The notes beneath the pieces were generated by a model. It saw only the letters and a program-made list of their open reading frames with translations. It made no database searches and was not told the origin of the DNA. Below, piece after piece: positions 52,584 through 64,000 of a stretch of 64,000 bases of DNA (its first letter is position 1; every line of letters starts with the position of its first letter). Position numbers and translations under genes: made by a program. Origin of the DNA: Bugula neritina (lineage: Eukaryota > Animalia > Bryozoa); contig OZ037769.1 of the NCBI GenBank assembly GCA_964035545.1, forward strand, positions 4,011,929 to 4,075,928. Reading direction: 5' to 3'.

Positions 52584-54741
52584 GCGGCAAGATGTACAAG
52601 GTTCCAATTTTACTAACTCAATAGACGTATTTTGTTTACAAAATAATCATAATTATTTAAAGACAATGCATTGCATGAAGTTTTAGAAATAATATTTATT
52701 TGATATATATAAATTTTATAGGACATGTTAAAATTTGTTTTTCATTATAATCATTTTACATATTTTGTAAATCATATATACTGTGATTGTGATGTATTTA
52801 TTCCCAACAAATACATCCACCCTATCTGACGAATGAAATTTATATTCATATATTTAGCTTTAACAACTATACATAATGATACAGTAATTATGTATAGAAC
52901 ATTTTTTACATGCATGCTTAGTTTTCTGATGTAACCAGTATTCTATATTAATCTTATGATATTATCAATCGTTAAATTTTAAGCAAAAATTTCATCCACT
53001 ATGTGTTTACTGAAATGATATTTTTTTATTAATGTATTATAATTTGTTTAATATACATAACTAATTTACCGAGAGTTACTTGTGCTAGCAACAACTTCAA
53101 AAAAGTGTACTTTCAGTAATAATAGGAGTGGTGATATAATGATAATACTTTATCTGGCTGAAATATTAAGCTTGACTAATACACACTATGCTAGAGCTGT
53201 TTGGTTTTTTGCTGCAAAGAACCAAACTTGTTTTATTATATTCAAACATTTTAACAATATTGTTTGGTTAAAATGTTCAGGCAATTAACTATTATGAAAG
53301 CTTTAGAGAGTTTATTCTAAGACAAATATACTGCATAACTACGAAATAGGAAAAGTTTATTACAAGAATAATTATACATTTGCACACGTGGGCAAAGCTG
53401 TGTATCAAGTGTCTTTCATGCTAAATAAAGCAACATAAAATAGTTCTTTATTAGGCATTTGCATCTACATTCTAGAATGCAATAAAAACAGATAAACTTA
53501 AAAGTACAATTTGTTCAAAATAGGTGATAATACCAATTAAGAGTATAGATCAAAGTATGGTATAAAATGAAATAATTATAAATTAAACTACTAATTGTTA
53601 TTAGGTGTAATTCAATTTTTCACAGCAATCATTGTGTGAACTTGAATGATGTTATAATACATGTATTGTCACACTAGCTGGGGAAAGTTTTCAAATTTAT
53701 ATTACATATAGAATTGTTGTATACAAGTCTACCAAAATTTATGTGTAACAAATTTATATCTATTGCACTTGCTCTCTCCCTGTGTTAATAGTGTTTATAA
53801 GCAGTGTGCTATTGAAAACCAACCAATTATTTTGGATCACAAAGTTTTGTCAAAACTCAACATTACTCAAACAAGTATGGAATCAGACGTCAAAGTCTTC
53901 AAGTTTTTGTTGAAAAAGGAAAGCTACTAAAATAACTAAATACATACATCAGTAATTCATTAAAATACTCATTTGTGATGCTAGAATTTTTAATTTGATA
54001 GAAATTCCCGTTGATTGCATTTTACATAAATGTCCCATGCCTGCACATTCCATGATGACAAAGATGAGTGCGTGGAAATTAATACCAAGCTGAGTGATTT
54101 AAAGAGTCTATTTTGTGCAGCTGCGAGTTAATGTATTATGACATAAATTAATAAGTTTCAACTCACTGACGCAATTTGCATTCCAGTGGCAGAAAGAGAA
54201 ATATCAGCACCATTGGATGCAAGTGTTATCAATAACACTGGTAGTCATGGTGTACAATACTAGTGAAGCATGTTTTAAAAATTGAACATAAAAGTAAAAA
54301 GCTAAATTTAAATTTAATATAGGCTTTATTGAATATACAATATATATTATGAATACTAAAAGTTGAAAAATGTGTTAGGAAATTACAGACAGTATCAAAT
54401 ATCTGAAAGGAGAATAAATGAGGAAGTTGGTAATTTGAGTAGGCAATGCACCAGTTTCCTATGAGTTGAAGTGAGATGCATATAACAATGTGTGGAAATA
54501 GAAGCTTTTATCATTTAGATGCACATAAATACCGCTTTACGGAGATTTTCAAGTTATGCAGTATTCTGATGAACTTATTAGCCAAGTAACTTATTTAATA
54601 CTGTGTATAAAATATAGAAAAAGAGCTTCGTCGAGCACATAACTCCAAATAATTCAACACAAAGGTAATATTGTATTTATTGGCTGTGTGGAGCTCGAGC
54701 TATAAATCTACACGGATGAATGTTTATAGAGTGAGCAGGTT

Positions 54742-57700
54742 TCAACGGCACAAACGTTCAGTCATGTCCTTCTGTAAAGTAAGAGAAAAGGTTTACATAA
54801 TATCAGTGTTAAACAGCTATGGCTATATGGGGTGACGCTGTTTATGCATTTTTATTTATAATTTAAGCAATAAATTTATGACTCCAGCATAAAATGAAGG
54901 TATTAGAGGCTTTTAGTATCAACTTGGTTCCAATTGGTTCCTAATAAACCAAAGTAAGCTAACTCCATTTATTATTAAATTATAATTTTGGTTTTACTAT
55001 ATACTAGATTATACACCTTTTGGGATAACATAAGACATTCTAGTGACATATAAAGAAAGAAATTAGTACAGCATAATTCCACCTACTAGTGGCTCCAGTT
55101 CCTTTTTATCTACCAGGTTGAATTCTGTTACAAAGTAGTAGTAGTGCTTGTAGCAGGTGTTAACATGTGCCTCCTAAAACATCGAGAAAAAGTGTCAGCA
55201 TTGCCTCAACCAATGAAACGGCAGGTGACAAAGTGTCAATATTGCCTCAACCAATGAAACGACAGGTGACAAATAAGTCAACATGTTTGCACTCAAAGTA
55301 TATTTTCTCAGTTACAAAAAGATGCATATAAAATGTAATCCTCTAGGTACTATTTAACTTTATACAGTGAGGTTAACCATTGTTGCATTGCTCTGGGCAG
55401 CCTTGTTTCCATAAGTGGGGAGGGGAATCATAGTTCAAAAGCATGTGTTTTAGTATTGATGCTATCTATAATAGCTCAACCAATATTTTACAATAACGCA
55501 GCTAAAACGAACCTGCATTGTGCTCAATACACATTATATTAGTACTAATATAATGACAAGAAACTTCAAAAAATTGAACAACCAGTGAGAGTTGAATTGT
55601 AAAACAGATGTAAATAAACTGCAAGAGAGAAATTTTACCATTGGCATACTGTCCTAACCCTTAGAGAACAATGGATATGTTCACAAACATTACCAAAATT
55701 TATGTAGAAATAATTTTCACTAAAAAGAGAAATGCAGCTACAGCTACATGTACATTGTTGGCCAGGGGCATGTTTAAACTTTCACAACTTAATGAACAGG
55801 TAACACCAGAGAAATAACTCCAATTCTCATGAACAGTGATGGTGTCTCATAAAAGTCAAGATGTTGGTTAGCTGATTGTGAATTGAAAGTATAAGTTATG
55901 TAATGAAGTTTAAGCCATTGCTGACACCAATGATGGTTATGTTGCTGGGCTGCATTTTTGAATATAAATTAAAACTGTCTAATTTTAAGAGAATTAAACA
56001 CTTTATAGTCCACTTGATTGAAACATGAAGAAGTTGCTGCATGGAACAAATATTTAATGAAACAAAACCAAAGAAAACTAGTGCTCAAGCATAATACATA
56101 AAAAATCCATGCTATTACTTGCAAAAGTGTTTCTTTTTTAAATTTAACTTGTGATTAATTTGTAAAAAGTTGAAAATTAAAATGTTTGTGTTAATCATTT
56201 GCTGTTATAACTCTAACCTCTACTCTTGAAAAGACAAGCAATTTCAATTCCTTAAGAAACGTAATTACATAAAATATTGTCTCTAAGAGTGTAATGTACA
56301 AACAAATAACAGTCTGGCAAATAGTAGTCATAGTAACAACATTGGCAGCGGTTATACCTGGCAGCACCACACATCACGTATGACTGTATTGACATTACTT
56401 ACAGCTCCTATAGACACGAGAGTATCAAAGTGATGGATGTAGACGTGCACAAACACCCTAAACAGCCTCGTCAAGATCTTTTTAGCAGTTGGAAGAAAGG
56501 TTTTGGGAAATGGAATATCTACAGCAAAAAAGCTATATCTACAGCAAAAAAAGGTATATCTACAGCAAAAAAGTATATCTACAGCAAAAAAGTGTATTCA
56601 CAGCAAACAAGGTGTATCTACATCCAAAAGTAATATATCTACAGCTAAATTGTACACACACAGAGTATAAAGAACTAAGTGAAATTATTTTTTCATTTAC
56701 AGTAAACAATACTTTTTTCTATTGAAATGTGCCGAGCCAACATAGCTGGTAGCAGTACGTTATATTATGACACACTTAGTCACAGCTACATTGTACTTCC
56801 CTTCTCCGTAACCAAACCTCAAACAGGTCAATAGAAACTTGAAAACAGATTCCTGACAGGAAAAGGAAGTTAGCCCAAGCCTTATGCAAACACACAATAT
56901 GTACTGCACAAACAAATGGAGGGGGTAGTGGAAGTGTCCCTATTTACTCACCCATGCTGACAGGAAATATGTCCTCGTTATTGATCTGTGTCTCCACCCA
57001 TTCCATCAGCAGACTGGTGTACTGTTGAGCTGGCAAAGCAGTCGGTCTCTTGTACTCCACACCATCACACCACTGGTACTCATACCTACACAACGAGTCA
57101 TATCATACCACTTGTATACTGACTGACATATGCCAGCAAGTACTCTGTATACAGTATGACACCTGCCATGCTGACAGCTGTACATATCACTGACATATGC
57201 CAGCAAGTACTCTGTATACAGTATGACACCTGCCACTTTAACAGCTCACTATCTGACATGTGCCAACAAGTACTCTATGTACAGTATGATACTTGTATAC
57301 CGACTGACATGTGACAACAAGTACTATGTGTACAGTATGACACCTGCCATGATGAAATCTCACTGTCTGACATTTGACAACAGTATGACACTTGTATACT
57401 GACTGACATGTGGCAACACGTACTCTGTGTATAGTATGACACCTGCCATGATGAAAGCTCACTGACTGACATGTGTGGACCAGTACTCTATGTACAGTAT
57501 GACACTTGCTATGCTGAGACTGTAGTGTCTCATGTGATGGGTTTCCCAGCATATAATAACTTGCAAAGTGATCTAAATTTTAGATGATGCATGGGCAGAT
57601 GGCCAGAAACATTTTAGAATGCTCATAGAGTCATGAGTAACAAGAAAGAAAATAATGTCACTGTTTATATGATGATTTTTGCGGATGAACTTCTGTTAAA

Positions 57701-60700
57701 CTTAAAGAGATTGTGAGTAAGACTTAGATATCAGAGAAAATTGGCTAATTATAAACATAAACCATCGTTTCTTAAATTATTCAATTCAATATTTCTGAAA
57801 GAGAAATTGCTGCTATTTTGTTAATTCGGACCCTAATTGCCTCTTTTAACATCATAGATGACATATTATAGAACTCAGTTTAAAAAATATGCACGTATTC
57901 TAAGCTAAAACTATGAGCTAACAAGTATTATATATTATTCTCACTTTGGCCCTCCAGACATTTTAGGGCATGTTTCTTTCGTGCAGTATTCACACACTGT
58001 TCCATATATAAGGTTGATCCTGTTAAAGAATTCCACCACTACAAATGAAAACATTAGGAATAACAAGTTAGCTTCAAGTCGTTTGCTAGATATACAAAAA
58101 ATTAACATAAGGTTGAACTACCATAGCGCTGGACAAGTTGTAAATTATATTTCTACATGTACATTACAGCAGAGATTTCCCTGTGTGAACCATCAATTTT
58201 TAGTAAATGTTAGATGCAACTGGTAATTGAAGTATATTATCATTATGTTAAGTAGGGTAAAGTGTAATTACAAATTTTTAATAATTAGCCTTAGTGATTC
58301 AAAGATTGAACGAAGTAACTAGAGAATATAGGATTCATTACAAGCATATAATCACTAGCGATGTACAGTTTGTGCAATATTAATTACTGTGATTGATTTA
58401 TAATTGACACAGGCTTTATTGCATGTCCACAAATGCATAAATTAATGTCAATTGTCACAGCCAGTGCAGATGTCCACAAAACATCCCATTGTTATTATTA
58501 CTAATATATTAGACATCATTAAATAGTTAACCAGCAGACAAATGGCAAATTTCCTATGAAAAAAAAGTATTTATAGATCACCAAAACTCTTCAAGGAATT
58601 AGAATTGTTCATCGACTTAAAGCACACACTGAATTAATAATTCTAAGGAGATAATGATTCTAAGTTATCTCTGTGATTATATTGATTGAAACAACATTTA
58701 AAAGGAAGTTCTGTGATTCACTGGAGCTATAGTATACAACAATGTGTACATTGTCATAAAGATAATTTCAAAAATTTAGATAAAGAAACAAGAAACAGTA
58801 GCCAATGTTAGTAGTCGATCTTAAAAAGAACTGTGATATGCCAATCAAATGGTCATAATAACAAAAGCTAGTGAGATTTTTTAATATTAACATCATTAAA
58901 TACATTTTTATATAATATGAAATATATTACGCTATAGTATCTATATATTATGTTATATTACTTATATATACTCATATTATAATATTGGTAAAAGGCAGCT
59001 AAGATATGAAAACAGAATACAATGCCGTTGTACCATGAACAGCAATCCAGTCCAGTAAATCATGATCCGGGGGTTTCCTTACAACATTCTTGAGATCAAT
59101 ACCAGACTGCAGAGAGGCATTGGCCTGCTTATGTAGGTTGTACTTTAGAGTACCTGGCTCAAACTTTTTAGGCTTTCGAAACGTCTGCAAGCAACATTAA
59201 TCTTTCACTTTATATTACAATCATTTCTACTCTATAGTTATAATGAAAATAGTCTTCAATATACATTGTCATTGAACGAGTTTAAAACCAGTAAGTTGGA
59301 AGATAACCATCTTGAACACATCTGGTACAATTAAAAGTCTCTCTATTGGGGTTCATGTCAAAATGCCCATATACTGTTGAGAAAGAAATTTAAAAATATT
59401 TGCTAATAAAAGCAGTTCTTAACACATTAGTTGATGAAGTTGATACATCTTATCAAAGCCTGTAAGTAGCATATCTATGGATTCTGTAACAGTTAGTGAC
59501 ATTTAGGAAATTTCACCATAAAAAGGCTTTCTTACCCAACTTCAAAATAAATTAATTAATGCTAGTCACCTGAATGAATATGGCTTTCTAGACCTGTATT
59601 AATTTATCTAATATTTAAAATAGTTTGAAGTATAAAACTTTGAGAAAATTGCTGAACAACTTCAATACACTAATTTGTTATAATAGTTAATAACCAAACA
59701 ATGGGTGTGGAAGCTTTAATTATACCAGCTATCTAAGTGATTGTTTAATAAAATAAATTTAATTTACAATAAAAAGTACACTGACTTAGACTTGGATACT
59801 TGAATTGCAACCTAAATGCAAAATCAATAAATAGGATCAATTATCACAAATGCACTGTAGTTAAATCTATCATTACAGTTATATTATTTTAATGGACTTT
59901 TAGATGCATAAGCGAAGAATCTAATTCATAGGTCATGCTTAGAATGAAATTGAGTTCGAACACCTGGCATCAATTAACCTTCCTTAAATACAAAAATATA
60001 TAAAAGACACTAAAATTCAGAATTAGAATAGATATAAGTGTCCTTTGATGCCCACACTCAGTGTGGCACTCACAATCGCAATGGTACGTTGACAGTAGTG
60101 AGTAATCAGTAACTGCAATACGAAATGTAAGTGTGTTTCAGTTTTAGTTAACTCAAGTAGTTTGGACATAGTGATAAATAGAATCAAAACGCGAAACTTT
60201 TACTTAAAGTTAATCAGAAATAAGGTAAGCTACAATAAACTCAAAACCAGAAAAAAGCTTGAAATAAACGAAGACTCAGTGGTTAACTTATGGTCTAAAG
60301 TAAAACTTAGACTAAACGATAGAGCAAGAGTTAAAAAATTACTTTCATCAGTTTGACATGAAAATTATAATTATGATTACTAAGTGTAATAGTAATATGA
60401 ATACTACTAGCACTACTAGACGTACTCATAGTGATATGAATGTAATAACAATAATTATTATCATGATGAACCATGAAATCAACACAATCAGAATCAGGAT
60501 AAATGAAACACTTCGACTCAAGATGAAAAAGTTCAAGTTGAAGTTAATATTTGAATATAATAACTATAAACTTGTACAAGTATAATAAGGGAATAACAAT
60601 TACAATCACAATGAATATCACTATCAGTATCACTACCAGGGTGGCTATCAGTATGAGTATCACTTAGCTGCTATCACTATTCGAGTGTGAATTACTTAAA

Positions 60701-61328
60701 GTTAATAAATATAATAATGATAATGACTCAAAGTCAATGGGTGAGACTGAGCGTCACTGCCAATCACTATCACACCAATCGCCGATGACTATGCCTAGCT
60801 ATATACCGTTATACTTATACGGCTAAGAATAGAAGTAGAATTCTACTAACATTAAAAATAGACTAAAAGTAAATCTATTACTAATAGTATTACTATTGTC
60901 ATTGAATAGTCATAGAATAATATATTATTATTTACTTTTAGTTTTAGTGATTAGGAGTACTAGTAATAATACTTAGTCTAGTACCAGTACTACTACTACT
61001 AATACTAATAGTAGTAGTAGTACTAATAATAGTAATACTACTACTAGTACTGTACTAGTAGTTTAAGTTTTTCTAGTTTTAGTTCTACTTTTAGTACTAG
61101 CTCTAGTTCTACTTCTACTTCTAGGAACTGGAAGAATCATGAATAAAATCTCAAAATTAAAATGTTTTTCAAGCAGTTTTAAAACAATACTAGTTTCAAA
61201 ATACTAAAACTGTAATTTGAATATAATGGTGACTTCAAATAAAATTAGGTATGGTAACTAAACTGCAAAATATTTAAAGAAAATCTTACTTTGTCCCTGG
61301 AAAAGAAGGAGCTGAAGTTGCTGGCCAT
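54742..61328 (-). CDS. MOB3: MOB kinase activator 3 (216 aa)
   Basis: Exons: 61328-61290 ([13 protein letters not shown]), 59184-59034 ([37 protein letters not shown]), 58038-57945 ([31 protein letters not shown]), 57085-56952 ([23 protein letters not shown]), 56518-56403 ([23 protein letters not shown]), 55173-55087 ([20 protein letters not shown]), 54771-54742 (KDMTERLCR*). Total 651 nt. Zn-binding Cys/His motifs are present, and DKTFR..KKFEPGT and ASL.SG.DL are characteristic of MOB3. Confidence 0.95.
55190..55273. repeat. 41-bp direct duplication
   Basis: aaagtgtca..attgcctcaaccaatgaaacg.caggtgac twice, next to the MOB3 acceptor at 55174. Confidence 0.85.
56515..56650. repeat. Minisatellite, ~19-21-bp unit spanning the MOB3 3' splice site (atatctacagcaaaaaag)
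   Basis: About 7 copies; on the minus strand each reads tttttgctgtag|ATAT, the real acceptor. Confidence 0.9.
57105..57515. repeat. Minisatellite, ~57-65-bp composite unit (ctgacatgtg.caacaagtactct.tgtacagtatgacac)
   Basis: About 7 degenerate copies in MOB3 intron 3. Confidence 0.85.
60050..61125. repeat. Degenerate ACT/AGT hexamer-period tract with (TAG/CTA)n hairpin
   Basis: MOB3 intron 1; includes agtactactactacta..tagtagtagtagtact at ~60986-61024. Confidence 0.7.
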
Positions 61329-61391
61329 ATTGTTTATTATGTTATAGCTCTTTCATGCAGGAGGTACGTTTGGGCGTTATCTACTTCCGGC
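61329..61391. promoter_or_regulatory. Ultra-compact bidirectional promoter/5' UTR interval between MOB3 and HSDL1
   Basis: Only 63 bp separate the two divergent start codons; an ETS/GABP-type site ACTTCCGG (CCGGAAGT on minus) lies at 61383-61390. Confidence 0.65.
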
Positions 61392-63528
61392 ATGAATGAA
61401 GACAGTTTCAAACATTTGAGCAAACACATTTTGCTAGAGCTTTCTAGGGCCAATGATGCACTTGCTATTACTGGATTGTATTTTTTATCCAAAACACTTT
61501 TTTCAAGTACTTGTAGCGTCTTCCAATTTATAAGAACGCATGTTTTTTCTAGGGCAACAACGCCAGATTTGATTAAAACCTACGGTGGAAAATGGGCTGG
61601 TAAGTCAAAATGAAAGTGAAACTGAAAGTGGCAAGACTTACACTTGTCTTGTAGTTAGTGTAACTGTATCTGTAAGTTCAATTTAGTTGATTCAATTCAA
61701 TTCACTCTCATTCTTAGTTTTAAGTTTTAACCATTAAGTCTTAACTCTTAGGCTAACTCTATAAGTGTGATTGCTGAGGTTGTCACCGGTCACTTATCAG
61801 TTATCAGTTATCTGTTAGTGCTAGTGTTAGACTTACTCTCAGTGTTACTGTTAGTGTTGCTGTTAGTGTTACTGTTAGTGTTGCTGTTAGTGTTGCTATT
61901 AGTGTTACTGTTAGTGCTGTGGTAAGTAACACTGACACTGTGTTTTTTCCACTCGTAGACGATAGAACACTCAATGTCACCGTTATGGTGCAAACGTAAC
62001 GGTTAGACTTAGTGTTAGCGATAGTGTTGCAGCTACTCTTGATATTCAGTTTTAAGTGTAACCCTAAAGTAAGAGTAAGTCTAAGTATTATATTTCTTGC
62101 ATCCTGACCGTGATTGTCATACTGATACTAATTGTGGTTGTCATTGAAATTTGATACACGTGACTTATTTATAATAATAATTATAATATTATTGAAATTT
62201 TGAAAGTTTTTAATATTAATAAAATTAAAATTAAATGAATCATTTACAATATTTTTCTATTTTGCATTTTATTATTTAATTTTATATTTAATAATATTGA
62301 TTACAATTTTTATATTTGTTTCAGTTTGAATTATTGATACTAAAAGTAAATTTAAAGTGTTGATGTACTGTTGTAGTTGTCACTGGTATCTCAGGTGGGA
62401 TAGGCAAAGCTTATGCGGAGGAGCTAGCAAAAAGGGGATTGAATTTAATTCTTATTAGCAGAGATAGTAGAAAGCTGCAGCAGACAGCTATACAGATAAG
62501 TAAGGAATATATTTGCTGTGACACTTTTGTGGCGGATTAGCGTTATATGAAACAGGAAAATCATGAACCAATAACTGTTTTATAATTGTAACATATTATT
62601 TAGCAATTTAGTTTTGATTGCTTGTTAATTATTGGTGTTGCGTTTTTACGCTTTCTCAATTGACAAACTTTTCTAAGAATCATATTTCTCTCCTAACTTG
62701 CCATGGCAGTTTTTTAAAAGCCTTTTAGGCTTCAACCATAGAAAAGTTTATCGTTTTTGTTTATTAGATGAAACATATCAAGTGGAAGTTGATTTTATAT
62801 CTATAACTTTTGACGGAGATGCTGGAAAATATGACCGTCTGAAGATAGAATTAGACAAGCGGGACATAGGAATACTAGTAAACAACGTTGGGGTGATGTA
62901 TGACTACCCGCAGCATTTTCTAGATGTGCCATCGCAGGTTAGTTTTGTTTTGTTGAGTTCATAACATTATAGTGCAACACAAGGGAAAACAATTTCTGAT
63001 CATTATTGGTAATTTCTTAAGAGGCTCGTTAGAGGTTGCCCTTTAAATCATGTAAAAATGCATTTTTTGCTTCAGTTTAGGCTGTAGCACTCTGTGATGA
63101 TTCCTGAAACCAACATTGAGTCTCCGCATAAAGCTTGCTATTTGCTTTTCACTACATTGTTACAATTTTTCTCTAGAATTCATGCAACATTCATCATAAC
63201 ATAACATAAACTCTCTTACTTACAATTTGTCTACTAGTTTGCTATGCAGGAGATCACAGATCACCTGTTGTTTTCTTGGTCGATGATTATTATCATAATA
63301 TGATAGTTGCTTATATTATAAGCTCCTCCCACTTTTTGTATATATGTAATTACTGTGTTTTATACTATAAAGGATTCAACCTAATAAACCGGTGAATGAT
63401 TCATATCTTTGTGAACTTACGACTATACAAATGAATCACAACAGACATTAAGACAACTATTTTACTATGTTTGATGATTTCAGAGACTCTGGGAGTTGGT
63501 AAATGTAAACATAGCAGCAACAACTGTG
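61392..63528 (+). CDS. HSDL1: Hydroxysteroid dehydrogenase-like protein 1 (SDR family, HSD17B12/KAR-related), 5' part; continues beyond window
   Basis: Exons: 61392-61599 (MNEDSFKHL..DALAITGLYF..IRTHVFSR..DLIKTYGGKWA), 62377-62499 (VVTGISGGIGKAYAEELAKRGLNLILISR; Rossmann TGxxxGIG), 62768-62937 (DIGILVNNVGVMYDYPQHF), 63484-63528 (RLWELVNVNIAATTV). The N-terminal DSF.L, DLIK.YG and YPQ.F segments resemble HSDL1. Confidence 0.88.
61605..62150. repeat. Degenerate hexamer tract including (gtgttactgtta)n
   Basis: HSDL1 intron 1; source of the spurious NTNS ORF. Confidence 0.8.
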
Positions 63529-64000
63529 GTAAGAGTTTCTACATGTTACTATATATATAATAATATTGGAAGGGTGTCTGTTTACTGTTCTTTGATACAA
63601 GTGAAAGCCCTTGCAGCAATTTATTTTTTAATGAAAGCAGAAAGTGTGCAAACCTCATAAATTTTGTGCTAAATGGTTTGTTGAAGACTTAATGCGTGGT
63701 AGTATCTTTATTATTTATTTATTTGTACGACATTGAGTTTTATGCTAAATCAACTTGCAAATTATATCCTATGAGATTTTAAAGTCATTAGATAGAAATT
63801 AAAACAACGAAAATCCTGCACTTAATGTGTTGTATAATGCCATTGTAGGCTAATAGAATAGAGGGATTATATTGACCAGGCAGTATCCTAAATGTTTACG
63901 TGCATTAATTTGTCATAGCATATTCTAAACGTTTGCTCTCATAAGTTTATTGTTTTTGGTGTGTACAAATCTTGACAGCGAAAAGATAGCTACTGGCAGA

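Overview
This window is AT-rich eukaryotic (animal, probably invertebrate) genomic DNA with GT-AG introns, so most of the supplied ORF track consists of exon fragments or repeat artefacts. Splicing exons by hand gives five protein-coding genes. (1) An unrecognised ~570-aa protein with a coiled-coil-like C-terminal half (minus strand, ~23/292-10508). (2) A 163-aa single-pass membrane protein with a very Cys-rich tail (minus, 12882-15438). (3) A complete 44-exon DOCK3/4-type (DOCK-B) Rho-family GEF of ~1958 aa (plus, 16699-52583), with two extra candidate microexons and a divergent DHR-2 catalytic region. (4) A complete MOB3 gene of 216 aa (minus, 54742-61328). (5) The 5' part of HSDL1 (plus, from 61392, running off the window), whose ATG is only 63 bp from the MOB3 ATG. 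Introns hold three copies of a tRNA-derived SINE, two hairpin/foldback elements and many minisatellites. Several of these minisatellites are tandem copies of the neighbouring exon-intron junction itself. Degenerate ACT/AGT hexamer tracts fill the promoter-proximal introns of all five genes. No CRISPR array, rRNA or intact tRNA gene was seen. All calls come from manual reading and remembered family motifs; no searches were run.
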